Positions 24,240-36,162 of a DNA stretch of 64,000 nucleotides are shown one piece after another (the first letter of the stretch is position 1; each line of letters opens with the position of its first letter). The notes under the pieces were generated by a model. The model saw nothing but the letters and a program-made list of their open reading frames with translations. It searched no databases and was not told the origin of the DNA. A program made the translations under genes and the position numbers. This DNA comes from Branchiostoma belcheri (Eukaryota): positions 4,277,479 to 4,341,478 of the forward strand of contig NW_017802379.1 in assembly GCF_001625305.1 (NCBI RefSeq), read 5' to 3'.

Positions 24240-24362
24240 GTGCCTATTGTGAGGATGCAGCAACAAGAAGATCTTCCCCAACGTACAAGGGAAGGCCAGC
24301 AGCCAGCTGCCAGTTCTAGTGGTTTGCAGGCCGAGATGTCTGACCTACAGCAAGGCCCAGAG
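24240..24362 (+). CDS. RSRC2: RSRC2-like exon 2
   Basis: Acceptor ctattttacag. Donor GAG|gtaaag. Phase 0. Confidence 0.65.
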
Positions 24363-24853
24363 GTAAAGTCATGCCACTTAAGTTTGGGGGTTTGAAACTA
24401 ACGTCCAAGCATGCTGTTGTATTGATGTATTGATTTTGATTCCACAGTAATACAGGGTTGCCTGCACGAAGAAAAATTGGCCTTAGGGAGAGCAGTGATT
24501 ATGATGTCACTGAAAATACTTAGTTTCAAGCTCCCTATTGATATATCCGGTCCCACCAAAGTCATATTTGACCCAAATGCTGACAGCGCTCTATTGTGGT
24601 TTGTCACGTACTTGTAGTATTTCTGTCCTAGGAATGTGTGTGTGCTTTGTTTATCAGATTGCAGTTATTTTTTTATCTTCTCAAGTTGTTATGTCAACAA
24701 GAATTAGTCCAGGAAAATTCACAACTTTTTTCCCCACAGGATTTTTTCCATGGCAGTGGAGAACTGTGATAGTTTACAGTTACGTATGCATGAGAACTTG
24801 TAACACAGTATAGGCGTTCTCAGATGTCTCCAACTTGTTCCAGGATTGACTGG

Positions 24854-24948
24854 ACCTCTATCTACATGGAAAACCATACATTGTAATAATCTGTGAGCTT
24901 CTCATGCAAGAGATGCAAATATTTTGTTTTCCACATGTAGATAGAGGT
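24854..24948. repeat. Hairpin of ~95 bp with ~21-bp arms (acctctatctacatggaaaac ... gttttccacatgtagatagaggt) in RSRC2-like intron 2
   Basis: Inverted repeat read from the sequence. The loop is about 50 nt. Confidence 0.5.
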
Positions 24949-25191
24949 TACAGCTCAACTCTGGTACTTAAGTCTGTATTTTCAGCATTTTTGTATGTGT
25001 ATGCTAATGAGAGAACTTGAGTTTAAGGTATGATTTTATCCAAATTTTGGAGGTGAGTGTTGCATATAAGAACAGTTAGCATCTTTAGATAGACACTCTG
25101 AAGGAGCACTGAAGCATAGTCTACTGTCATACAGTGGAAGAGATGTAAAAACACATAATAACACCTCTATAATTGATGAACTATGCACCAG

Positions 25192-25284
25192 CTTAAACCA
25201 TGCCTCGGCGAGCCCAGTACTCCGAGTGAAGCTGGTCGGGACAAAAGCATCCGGCCGTTCTTGTTAGACCGGTGGCCGCTACAG
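25192..25284 (+). CDS. RSRC2: RSRC2-like exon 3
   Basis: The acceptor caccag has a weak polypyrimidine tract. Donor CAG|gtaaat. Phase-consistent. This is the least certain internal exon of this gene. Confidence 0.45.
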
Positions 25285-25904
25285 GTAAATAGCAGCTTGG
25301 TGTCTGTACACATCTCAGCCTCAGTCTTCTTATGTATGGAAGAGTATCTCTTCTCTGTCGTATTTTGTGTGTCTATGTCATTTAAAGTCTACAGTCTACC
25401 TTTTGTTAGATTCACAATAAGAGACCAAGACAATTATTGCTTTGGTAACCAGTTGCTGTAATCATTTTCATATTTAATTTAATCTTTGGCTGGTTTTCAA
25501 GAGAAAAACATTATTATATACACATTGGCTATGTAGATATGCATGAATACAAAGGAATTTAACATTTTCAACAATTTTGGTATCAGGATGTTACTAAGTC
25601 AAAATAATGCTTATTTTGAGAAAAATATATTATAATTTTTAAAGTTTTATAATTTGATATCTAAAACTCTACAGTTTCTGGTGCAAAGCTTGGGCCAAGC
25701 AATAGACTACCTATTGGTTTGAAAATGGAAAAATAGAATGCAACAAACAAAGAAATGAGTTGTTACCTGTGCAGATAAAAAGAAAGAATCTTCAACCTTT
25801 CCTCTAGTCTGTTTCTCTTCCAGATGGACAACTGTGCCACTTCTTGATACTAACTTTGTTTTGTTACATTATCCCTTGTAAGACGCCACTTCTTCCCAAA
25901 ACAG

Positions 25905-26503
25905 GACAAGTCCGTATCAGACAGACGTCTCTCGGGCGCATCCCCTCCATCCAATCGTAGCCCATCTCCGAGAAGACGACGGGAGTCATCGCGGTCGGCA
26001 AGTCGGAGTCCCCGGAAGTCTCCCTCACCTGTGGACCAGCGAGAAAAGTCCCACAACAAAAACAACTCAAGATACTCCAAGTCTCCTAGTAAATCCAAGA
26101 TGTCAAGGTCACCTAAAAGATCAAGATCACCAAGGAGTTCACCTAAAGTTTCAAGGTCGCCAAGAAGGTCAAGGACATCACAGACACCATCGCCCAGAAG
26201 GTCTCTCTCGCCCAGGAAGGGATATAAGGGTTCAAGGTCATCAAGGAGCCCTTCTCCAAAGCGTAAGAGGTCAAGATCGCCCAAGAAGAAGGCACACAGG
26301 AGTAAGGGGTCTCCTGAAGGGAGGCACAGACTGAAATCCCCGGACAGGAGACGGCGTTCCCGTGACAGGGCGCGAGGGTCACGGGACAGTCCTGTCCGCA
26401 GGTCATCCAGAGACTGGGAGAAGGGCAAGTCCAAGGACAGGAGGGACTCGCGAAGGTCACCGGACAGGAGACGACGGAGGTCACGTTCAAGGTCACCTCC
26501 CAG
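25905..26503 (+). CDS. RSRC2: RSRC2-like exon 4, a 599-nt RS/SPR-rich exon
   Basis: Acceptor cttcttcccaaaacag. Donor CCAG|gtttgt. Dense SRSP/RRS/SPK repeats. Confidence 0.8.
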
Positions 26504-26670
26504 GTTTGTTCAGGCCTTCTTTTATTTGCACTTTGTATGTTACCAAGTCCCTGCTTTACATCAAAATTATCAGTTTTGTCATAGAGAGAATTGCCGTACC
26601 AGTTGTATGATTTTGAGTCAAACACTTGATAAAACATCTAACATTTTCTCTGTGTTCCTCTGATCTGTAG

Positions 26671-27039
26671 AGAGGCACGGAGACGTTCAAAGTCACTATC
26701 TCCAGAGAGGAAGCATTCGTCGTCGAGATCTCCCTCTCCTCATAGATCAAAATCAGGATCAAAAAAACATCCAAGATCCAGATCCAGATCACTCAGCCCA
26801 GCCAGATCCAAGTCACCTCACCACAGGGGTTCAAAATCAAGGTCCAGATCACCCAGAAAGCAGTCGAGATCACCACGTCGGCAATCCAGATCACCTCGCA
26901 AGCAGTCCAGATCTCCCCGTAGAAGGTCAAGGTCACACTCACCATATGCACGCAAGAGGTCAAGATCTCCCAGGAGACGTCATTCAAGGTCACCTGTATC
27001 CAGGAGAGATCATCGGAGGTCTCCACCACGGAGGAGAAG
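26671..27039 (+). CDS. RSRC2: RSRC2-like exon 5 (second RS-rich exon)
   Basis: Acceptor ctgatctgtag. Donor AAG|gttggt. Confidence 0.75.
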
Positions 27040-27313
27040 GTTGGTTCTAACATCATGGTTTGGGAGGGGTTCATGGAACTATATGTTGGTGGTACATGTA
27101 GGTGCAGAAAAAAAAGAAAGTCGTCAAATTATATGCTCACAATAATGAAAAGTTCAGAAGTACAGAAGTGACCTCAAAAACCGTGAACATAAAAGTACCA
27201 TGCAAAATCAGGAACTACAGTAGTCCTTTTGCAAAAGTTCACATTAAGTCACACACTTACAGGTTAATTACATACTTACATGTGTATACAATGTGTATGT
27301 TCAGTCCCCACAG

Positions 27314-27534
27314 AGGTATGCGTGGCCGTGGTATGCGGGGACGTGGGCGTGGTCGGCGTCGCAGCCCGGGTCACAGGTCACGTTCCTCGTCCGGCAGCGC
27401 CAGTCCAACTGGTGACCCCGCCCTGGACGCACAGGACGCGCTCCGCAGGAGGCTGGAGCGAGCCAAGAAAAAACAGCAGGAGAAGGCAGAACGGGAGAAG
27501 GCTGAGATGGAGGCTAAACTGGAGAGTGGGGAAG
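27314..27534 (+). CDS. RSRC2: RSRC2-like exon 6 (RG repeats, then coiled coil DAQDALRRRLERAKKKQQEKAEREKAEMEAKLESGE)
   Basis: Matches human RSRC2 MDAQEALARRLERAKKLQEQREKEMVEKQKQQE. Acceptor tccccacag. Donor GAAG|gtagga. Confidence 0.8.
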
Positions 27535-27948
27535 GTAGGACAGTGTGGAAACATGTCAAGATATTTTATTTATTTATTTGTTACATTCAGGCACAAAACT
27601 GACCCATATCAACAGATACATGAATATGAAATAAGGACTTAACTTAATCTGCCAACACTGGAATGAATTGGGACTTGCCCAAAGTTTCGGCTGATTCCAT
27701 CAACCTTGTTCACGGAATGGACCCGACTACTCTTGAAATGGGACGTCGGAAACACGTGACCGTAGTAGCGGGTCATACGTACCAGATAATTTGTGTCGCC
27801 CCCCATAATATTTCGTAACAATATGCAAAGAAAAGCCTACCTAAAACTTGGCATAATTCTAAGAAATTCTTATGCCTCTTCATCAGGCCTACTATTTGTT
27901 GTTATGACTTATTTTGTCATGTTTCAAAGGAATGTGTATGTGTTGTAG

Positions 27949-28082
27949 CTGCAGCAGGTGTACCCCCCTCCATTGTGGGAGTGAACCCTCTGCTGGCAGG
28001 ACAGCAGGTGACGCCCCAGGAGGCCGTGTGTGCAGCTGCCAGGGCCATGCAGATGAAGGTAGCAGCTGAAACAGGCATACAG
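27949..28082 (+). CDS. RSRC2: RSRC2-like exon 7
   Basis: Encodes AAAGVPPSIVGVNPLLAGQQVTPQEAVCAAARAMQMKVAAETGIQ, matching human AAAATGGSVLNVAALLASGTQVTPQIAMAAQMAALQAKALAETGIA. Confidence 0.85.
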
Positions 28083-28247
28083 GTGAAAACCTCATACTGT
28101 GCACATATACTACACCTGGCTAGAGTGTATTCACTTACATGATCTTCCTGCTGTAAACATTTTTTTAACAAACAAAATTCCATATGAAATGGTTTGTTTC
28201 TGATCATCAGTTTGCAAAATGTAACCAATGTTCTGTTCTGTTGACAG

Positions 28248-28349
28248 GTGCCAAGTTACTATAACCCAACTGCTGTGAACCCCATGAAATATGCAGAGCA
28301 GATGCAGAAAAGAAAACTGCTCTGGGCTGGCAAGAAAGAAAAGAAAGAG
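28248..28349 (+). CDS. RSRC2: RSRC2-like exon 8 (VPSYYNPTAVNPMKYAEQMQKRKLLWAGKKEKKE)
   Basis: Matches human VPSYYNPAAVNPMKFAEQEKKRKMLWQGKKE. Confidence 0.9.
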
Positions 28350-28550
28350 GTAGGCTTACAGATGTTTATTATCTGTTAACTGCTATTGATATTGTTATGT
28401 TATGTATTTTGTAAAAATATTTCAACAACATCAAGTAGAGTTGTAGATAGTTGGGTGTTTTCAACTTTACTACAATAAGTTCATTTCCGTAATGATCCAT
28501 TTGTAATTTGAGACATGTTAAAGAGTGTCTTCCCTGTATCCATATCTCAG

Positions 28551-28670
28551 GGTGATGCTCCTGCGGGCACTGTATGGGACAAAACCAAGTTCCACGACGA
28601 GGCCACACAGGCAAAGTTCCGCCGACTGATGGGGATCCATGGAGAGGCCTCTGGCAGTGGAGCCAGTCAG
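28551..28670 (+). CDS. RSRC2: RSRC2-like exon 9 (SMAP-domain part: VWDKTKFHDEATQAKFRRLMGIHGEASG)
   Basis: Matches human IWEKLNFGNKDQNVKFRKLMGIKSEDEAG. Confidence 0.85.
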
Positions 28671-28954
28671 GTGAGTCCTTCTGATTTTCTCCAAAGTAGA
28701 TCAAGGAGTACATTCTTGTATGTGATGAACATTTTAGATCTAAAATGTAGTCCAAGAATTCTAGACTTTTCTTAAAGTACAGAGAGATTTGCCACCTGTA
28801 TTGGTGACATTTTGGCTTGCTGGCCATTTTCTGTGACTCTTATGAAAGCCAAATGGCCGTACATGTATTTTTAGTACATCAAGTGGCCAACATAGGTAAT
28901 GTTGACTGTAGTTGTCAGTGGATGTTGAGTTAGATATTGCTGATTTGTTTTTAG

Positions 28955-29107
28955 GCACCTGGGGACGGACCAGACATTCAGCAGGAGCAGGAGAAGCTGT
29001 TCCGTACGCTGGAGGCGCAGTACGAGTTTGCACGCGGCACGACGCACACACAGAAGGGCGTGGGACTCGGCTTCTCATCAGCACGCCAACCTGGGCCCAC
29101 GCTATAA
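28955..29107 (+). CDS. RSRC2: RSRC2-like exon 10, terminal (QQEQEKLFRTLEAQYEFARGTTHTQKGVGLGF...*)
   Basis: Matches human QQEEVFRNLDAQYEMARSQTHTQRGMGLGF. Stop TAA at 29105-29107. The full model is 668 aa. Confidence 0.85.
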   Translation, partial: APGDGPDIQQEQEKLFRTLEAQYEFARGTTHTQKGVGLGFSSARQPGPTL

Positions 29108-29420
29108 CAAAACAAACAGGTGTTACCTGTGTAAATATGGAGTAGCACGTTAAAACTACAGCAGTGTTTTCTACTTCCTTTGTGGAGGAATTATACCTAT
29201 AGAAGAATGTGAGCATAGTCAGACCAAGATAAAATTATCAGGAAAAGAATTGAGCAGAAGTATTGAAAAGCATCCTTTCTGGACTTGTGGTGTTAGTATT
29301 TGCATGGTACTGTTTTTGCCCATGACAAAAGAGTTGAAGCCATTTGGTCATCAAAAGGAACACAGACTAGTAATCCTTGAAAGGACTGAGATCTATTGTT
29401 TCTTGTTTGTTAGATGTTTA

Positions 29421-29798
29421 GGCCACACCAATTTAATTTGTTGGTTCTCGGATTTTTTCCGAAAAAATATGAAGCGACAGGGCGAAAAAAAAAAAAAATA
29501 AAAACAGGTCTAGGCATTCTATTATAGCCCCAAATGCTACAATATGAGCCATGAAGTCAACAAAAAAGGCTGGGTTAAAATTTAAAGTATAAATTTTGAA
29601 CTTTTAATCAAACCACTGCATTGATAGATGGCAAAAAACTGTAACAACTAGGAAGAAAAGGAATTTCCCAACTGATGGTGGCAAAATATGAGCATATTTG
29701 AGTTGATTCAGAACCAGAATCTTTTTTTTTTTTTTTTTGCAAATCAGAAAAAAATGAAGAGGCGAATCCGAGAACCAACAAATTAAATTGGTGTGGCC
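29421..29798. mobile_element. Non-autonomous MITE of ~378 bp with 34-bp terminal inverted repeats and a TTA target-site duplication (PIF/Harbinger-Tourist-like)
   Basis: Left TIR ggccacaccaatttaatttgttggttctcggatt. The right end is its reverse complement aatccgagaaccaacaaattaaattggtgtggcc. The flanking trinucleotide TTA is on both sides. The interior holds A/T homopolymers and no ORF. It sits just 3' of the RSRC2-like gene. Confidence 0.6.
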
Positions 29799-31633
29799 TT
29801 ACTTGCAAACAGTAGATTTGAAGGCTATAATAAAATCAGTGAGTGTCTGATTCTGAAGCTGGGATCAATACATCACAAGTTTGTTATTTTACCTCATGTG
29901 CTACTAAAACAGCAAAAAAGTTGTACAATAAGGTACATGTTACATTGCTTATTCATAGTGGCCATCACCTGGTGGATAAAACTGTCCACTTGCTATCAGA
30001 ATATCTAAGCAATATACAAGTAGAACATTTGATTCTTTAATAGGCACAGGTGCTGGCATTTCTATGATGCATAAATATGACAGTGTTAGATTCAAAGCAG
30101 TATTTTTGTGTGAATTTTCGGTATCCTAAAATGCTCTCTTCAAAACATATGGTTCTTTTAGCAGCTGGGTTGGTTTCACTGTTTTTATAGCAAACATTCT
30201 ACCCAATTAATCAGTGTGTTTACTGTTTAGATTTAATATGAATGAATCCAGCATTGGGAGGTGTTGACAGCATACACACCACGTACTGTGAATGGACCAG
30301 GGAATCTTCAGAAATATTACTCATCTTGAGTGGCCTGTCTTAGAGATGCTCTTTCAGACACTTAGAAAATGTGCAAGTACTGAGTTCCCTCTTTTCTAGC
30401 AAAAATTACTCATTTTCATGAATTGTTGTGTATACTTTATACTATACAAACTGATGATTATTTCTACTGGCAGCTTATATTTCTCCTTGGTGTTTTGCTT
30501 GTTTTTTTACGTGTACAATATCTTTTTTTCAATACCAGTTGTGTTTCTACAGCACTAAGTTTCCTACTGTAAAAAGCTCATACTCTGTACATGACATGCA
30601 ATGATGGGATTCAAAGCAAAAGAAAAGCCATACCTGTATTTAGTCATGTGTCTACCTTTATTTAGTGCTGTAGAATAGAAGTAAGTAATGAATAGAAGAG
30701 AGATCACACATAACACAACATCTGATGATACATAGTGTGCCAGAGTATTTTATTGCAACAAAGCCAAAAACATAAAACAACATTTCACATTTAAAAAGCA
30801 AGACCACCCATTGTCTACTGTATTCTCTCCAACCATTGCACTCCTCTACCAACACTGCAATTGTTGCATGGCTTTCTTTGGTTGAATACAGTACAATGTT
30901 GGAAAAAATGCATATGAAAAAAAAAACAGTTGTGAACAAAACCATAAACTTGCTATTGTATGCTAAAACATTTAAAACCACCTCCATGAATATCTTGCAC
31001 TCTCACTTCTTCATTGCAAATATCATATTTCCCTTAATTGACGCCAATATCACTACAAAAGAAAAGGAAAAAAATTGTAACACGAATACACAAAAAAAAA
31101 TTGAGAAAAGTGACATTCTATTTCATGTCATACTGCATAGTTGAATTAACATTATTACAAGCAAATATGCATGATGTATTCAGGAAGAAATAATGTACTA
31201 GTTTTAAAATCCATTTAAACTTGAAACATGCCCTTATTGTAAGGCAATACACCATAGCATTTTATACATATTATTAGTTCAGCTTTGGATTACAGACAGT
31301 TTTAACATTTACCTGAAAGTCTTATTATAACAGTTACCCGGTACATATATATCTATGTGAAAGGCATACTATAATTGTAACTTCCCTTACTAGCAGCTCT
31401 AATAGACATTTAGCCAATGTCCTTATAATAGCAATTATTACATAGAATGAGGCTAAAAGGCCTGGAAGATGAATCTATCTGAATTACATGATATTTCAAA
31501 TTAAAAAATTTAGCTGGACGAAGTGGGGAATGAGTCAATCTTAGAATTCCTGACTTTGACTATACATGTATAATAGTCTATAGGTATCTATTGCAGCATA
31601 TGGCAACTAGTTGTATCTGTGTAGGAAGCAGCT

Positions 31634-33466
31634 TTAAGCTTTCTTGTATTTCAGTATTGTAACTGAGAAGTGGCAGTTGACAGCTTCAGGTAGTGGTAGG
31701 GAGAAGGTGAGAGTGTTGGTGCCTGGGTCGTAACACTGCACCGTGTCCAGGCTCTGGTCTGCCTCCTCTGTAGATCTCTGCTCGCGGTCCGACCCCCCTG
31801 TGATGTACAACTTCCCGTTACACGCTGCAATACCGCAGAACTCCCACAGGGTGAGCCTCTCCGCTAGCGAGATCCACGTGTCCGCCTTTGGGTCATAGCA
31901 CAAGATGGCCGGCAGCTTCCCACCTACTACATAGATGAGAGAGTTAAGTAGAGCAGCGTTGATGCACTCCCCCTTCCTGGGCATCGGTGCTCTGGTTTCC
32001 CAGCAGTTTTTGTCGGAGACATAGCACTGGACTTGAGGACTGCACACGCCAGTCTGCCCCTTCCCGCCTATGACGTACAGTTTTCCATCACAACTTGCAA
32101 TGGCAAAGGACGATACTGGATTGAGCAATTGCTTCCCTTCCATCCACTCATTTCTGTTGGGATCATAGACCTCGACACTGTCTAAATACTTGCAGCCATC
32201 ATCTTTCGAGCTGTCGTAACCCCCAACAGCGTACACTTTTCCATTGAGAACTGCCATCTTGTGTCTGCTTCTACGCTGGGCCAAAGAAGACAGCTTACGC
32301 CATGTGCTGAGCTTTGTGTCAAGCTCCCAGACTGCTGAGCCTTTCCAGCTGCCCCCTGACACGATGATGTTGTTGTGTAATGTGACTGCCGCATACTCGA
32401 CAGAGTTACGGAAATCGATGGCGAGGTCTAACAGGTCGTTATCCCACAACTGTTCTTTGGGGTCGAAACAGTTGATGTGATTGGTCGATACGTCTTCTTC
32501 ATTTTCCACGTGGGTCACGCCTCCTCCAACAACGAGAACCTGCGTGATGCCCGACCTTTCCCGGTGAACTGTCCGCGTGGAAGAAACCTCCTCGGGGGAC
32601 AGGTGATAGATGGTTGCCTCCTCCATCAGACTCTCGAACCCTTCTGTTTTATTCACTAACTCGTTCCTGCGCACATTTCTGACGACTGACACTGGATCCA
32701 TCAGAGGGAACCTGATTTGTGGAAGCAGGTCTTTCAGCTGCGGCCCGCGGGACTTTTTATCGCACTGCACCCACCGTAACAGTGCTTCATATACCAGCTC
32801 CTCTTTACTCACGTTCAGCCTGTTGTCAGACATGTAATGTGCCAGCTCACCTGCTTCCAGCTGAGAAAACTCCTCCATTTGACAGACTTCCTGAAAGTGT
32901 TCCAGTACAAAGTCCTGTGCTTTCTCTGCGAGCTCCGTACAGCACAGCGCTGAGGCAAAACGATGGATCCCGAGACAGTTTCCTGTTTCTAACATCTTCC
33001 CGAGGTACTTGGCACACGCCTCCACTATGGGTGTGAGCTGCATCAGGTTAGCAGCCTCCAGCAGCTGCTGTACATTAGTCTTGTTGATGACCAGTTCTGA
33101 GGAGTAGATGTAACTCAGGATGGATTCTAGGATTGAGGGGTTCATGTTTTTGATGACCACCTTCGTCTGTTTGGTCTCCTTGAGTCCGTTGGTGAACATG
33201 GCCTGGAAGTACCCGCTGCAGCACGACAGAATGGCACGGTGGCACGGGAACTCCCGGTTTCCCGCACAGAGAACCACGTCCACCAGACAGTGGTCTGTAC
33301 GAAGCCGCTGTAGGCCCTCCAGTACGTTGGTGGCGTGGCTTGCGTTGGTGAACTTCTCATTACTGGTTGGATCACTGTCCACAGATGTGTCTGACTGTGC
33401 ATTTGAGGAAAGTTGGGTTGTTTCTGGACACGTTGTGCACTCAGGAACCACTTGTACACCGGCCAT
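31634..33466 (-). CDS. Intronless Kelch-like (KLHL) protein: BTB/POZ + BACK + six Kelch repeats, ~610 aa
   Basis: BTB region CLVDVVLCAGNREFPCHRAILSCCSGYFQAMFTNGLKE.. with BACK and six Kelch repeats in one ORF. The likely start is ATG 33466-33464 (MAGVQ), with an alternative in-frame ATG at 33502. The TTG at 33535 shown in the ORF track is not a real start. Confidence 0.85.
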   Translation of the reverse strand: MAGVQVVPECTTCPETTQLSSNAQSDTSVDSDPTSNEKFTNASHATNVLEGLQRLRTDHCLVDVVLCAGNREFPCHRAILSCCSGYFQAMFTNGLKETKQTKVVIKNMNPSILESILSYIYSSELVINKTNVQQLLEAANLMQLTPIVEACAKYLGKMLETGNCLGIHRFASALCCTELAEKAQDFVLEHFQEVCQMEEFSQLEAGELAHYMSDNRLNVSKEELVYEALLRWVQCDKKSRGPQLKDLLPQIRFPLMDPVSVVRNVRRNELVNKTEGFESLMEEATIYHLSPEEVSSTRTVHRERSGITQVLVVGGGVTHVENEEDVSTNHINCFDPKEQLWDNDLLDLAIDFRNSVEYAAVTLHNNIIVSGGSWKGSAVWELDTKLSTWRKLSSLAQRRSRHKMAVLNGKVYAVGGYDSSKDDGCKYLDSVEVYDPNRNEWMEGKQLLNPVSSFAIASCDGKLYVIGGKGQTGVCSPQVQCYVSDKNCWETRAPMPRKGECINAALLNSLIYVVGGKLPAILCYDPKADTWISLAERLTLWEFCGIAACNGKLYITGGSDREQRSTEEADQSLDTVQCYDPGTNTLTFSLPLPEAVNCHFSVTILKYKKA

Positions 33467-33738
33467 GGTGTTGTTAAAATCTGGGAACAAACATTGCAGC
33501 ATGTAAACATGGACTAAAGACGGTACATACATCAATATCTCGTCAAGAAAAATTTAAGAGTCCAAATTACCATCAACATCTCAAATGTCTGAAACTAAGT
33601 ACATGTGTTCAAAGTGTGACAGATGTAGATAACCCTCTACTGATGAGGTAAATATGGGTATGGACCAAACAATGTTTCTTTCTCGTTTGTGGCCAGTTTT
33701 TCCTTCAGCCTGTGCTGACAAAATCTAAGTCCGGTGAA

Positions 33739-33765
33739 CCCGGAAGTGAAAACCCGGAAGTGAAA
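33739..33765. promoter_or_regulatory. Two tandem ETS/GABP-type motifs (aacccggaagtgaa x2) about 270 bp upstream of the KLHL ATG
   Basis: A direct 14-bp repeat containing the CCGGAAGT core. The position fits a TATA-less promoter for the KLHL gene. Confidence 0.4.
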
Positions 33766-35776
33766 TGTAGCAGTCCATAGAACCGGTCCAGCATTACGCC
33801 GCCATCAATCATGTTTCAAACTGGACAATAATCCAGCACTTAAACCGTAATCATGGCGTATAAGTCATCTGAACTCACGTCATTACTTACACTGTTTATT
33901 TACACAAGCCGCCGTCTCTGTTTACAGTCGCCAATTTGCAACAATAAACCTGTACAGATCTGCAACCACAGAAACGTCAAGCCTGTAACGGCTAACATAT
34001 GCTAGTCATGTTCAAGTTTAAAGCTATTTAGCGTTCAGAAAGGTATTTCAGACTATGTAGAAACCTTATAGTCTGACTGTTTAAAACTCTCTCCTCAACG
34101 TGACTCTAAAGGGCCCAGGAGGAGGGGTACTTGAGGCAGATTGTGTCCCCATTTTCTGCATCACTTCACAACAGGTGCTGTCACCAAGGCCACCAAAACA
34201 CAGCCTGTTACAGTACAAGGTAAATATGCGAAGTACTCACCTACTGCAGAGAGTTACAACGTAGTTATTCAAGCACGTATTAGACGTTGGCGGGCCGTAG
34301 ACGCTGCAGCAAAATTGTGTTTGAGTTCGGGACGAGTTCGCCCAGCTTGGGTCAACAACGGATATGGCACAAAGGACCGAACAGCGCAGCCCGACATGGT
34401 GTATCCATCCACCTAACAAAAACGAGGACCTTTCGAATATATGAATCATGACAGATAGCCTACAGTGTGTGTGACTGTTTTTGATTTTATGCGTAATATC
34501 TCGCAAAATCAACGTACATGTATTTGTTAAAGATTCACAACCTACAAACCTCACGGTATGAATAATTAATTGCTCGGAATATATCCTACCGCGCGTTAAT
34601 CGGTCCAAGAAAGGCGTCACCAAACGGCGGAAGTTATCATTGCAGGAAAGCCCAGGCCCGGCAGCAGCAAAAATAAATCAGATCGCTAGAGGTCCCCACT
34701 GACAGGTGCCGATGATGGTTTGTGTGATACGTTCACGAATGATCGGAACGTCGGCAGCAATGCAACAGAACACAGTAAGGACGTCACTCCAATCTTGTAT
34801 TGTTTAATTCCAAAGTACAAACTACATTGTAGATATAAAAAAGACAATAAAAGTATCAAAATGCCAGTAAAATTTCTTAAAATTCGCTTCAAATGTTCCA
34901 AGTTATGAATGCGTAGTACATCTGTAGTATTATTCATGTTCGTGAATAAATCTGCATATATGAAAATTAGTATATGATATGTTGGTTCTGTTTTTGAGAA
35001 GTGTTGAAGTAGAGATTCTTGCTTGTGATAAATACAAGAATAACTTAGATGAAAGTTCGTACAAATGATAACAGTAGGTTGGCACTGTTAACAGCTCCTT
35101 CGCCTTAGAGTATAATTAATGCCATGATTAAAGTTGAAAAACTACACGTTCCAAATCTACTAGTATTTGTACATGAGTCCATTTGATGAACACTTTCTGA
35201 ACATGTTACTTTTCTAGAAAAGGCGTTGGTCTCGGGTTCCAATGTTCAGATACACAGCCCCCTAGCTGCCTGACTTTAGTACGTACAATATGTAGTGAGC
35301 AGACCTCTGACGCTACTGTAAACTAAAATCACTGTTAGTCAAGATATCGTGCTTTAGAAAATACTTCATAGAAAAGCAGTGTTGGATATAAAATTATAGC
35401 AGCGCGAAAGAAAATGTTTATATGTGATTGATACTATGTGGGCATTGACAATGAACCACAAAACATTGTCAAACCTTGTTGTACCATCTTGTCATATGTT
35501 GAACAATCTAAGACGAAATACGTTATAGATAACGAAGAAAACAAGCTTTGTCAAGCTTTGTATGAAAATGTTAGCTTAGTTTGGCCGTTTAAAAGAAATA
35601 AGGCAAGAGTTGGCGTAAGATTGAAAACGCTGTAGAATATGCTGAACGTTGGGAGAGTATGCCTCCATATTTGGTAGTGAGATATAACGCGTCTAACGAC
35701 GTCATCATTAATCCAGCGCCATATTGTCTCAGCTAAGTCGTCTGATCGTCTGACAATATGGCATCGTTTGATGCTC

Positions 35777-35818
35777 CTAGTCTGAATCTTGGTGCTGGTC
35801 CTCAAAATACATGAAATC
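35777..35818 (-). CDS. PLSCR: Phospholipid scramblase (PLSCR) exon 9, terminal (DFMYFEDQHQDSD*)
   Basis: Acceptor tttctttgcag. Matches the human PLSCR1 C-terminus LIDFMFFE. Confidence 0.8.
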   Translation of the reverse strand, partial: DFMYFEDQHQDSD

Positions 35819-36103
35819 CTGCAAAGAAATAACAAACAAAACACTGAGTTGTGCAGTGAAAAGTACCAATCGTCCATTCTATTTCTGTGCTTTCCGACAA
35901 TGAAACTAAATGGGTACGTTGCCCCCTTTTCACTAAATGTAAAAATCTTATGATGTATACTGGTGAATGACCTCACGTGGTACGCTATCGAACCGTGTAC
36001 GTACTGGCCTCGCTTTTTATTATAAAGAATAGAACAATACAGAAAAGGCACACCACACTAGAACGATCCTTCCTTTATACGCACTGAATTTCTGACAACT
36101 TAC

Positions 36104-36162
36104 GATTAGAAAAGCCAACCCCAGCATGGTCGCTTTCATTTTCACGTCCAAGTCCATCGGAA
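36104..36162 (-). CDS. PLSCR: PLSCR exon 8 (FPMDLDVKMKATMLGLAFLI)
   Basis: Matches human FPLDLDVKMKAVMIGACFLI. Acceptor ccctacag. Donor ATC|gtaagt. Confidence 0.9.

Noticed and set aside
25850-26663. Long antisense ORFs (25850-26434 and 26143-26637, minus) overlapping the RSRC2 RS-rich exon.
   Set aside because: Low-complexity purine/pyrimidine-biased RS codons stay open on the opposite strand. The sense-strand protein has a clear RSRC2 match.
33503-33535. ORF-track N-terminal extension of the KLHL protein (MMYVPSLVHVY...).
   Set aside because: The codon at 33535 is TTG, not ATG. The track evidently allows alternative starts. The real start is the ATG at 33466 or 33502.
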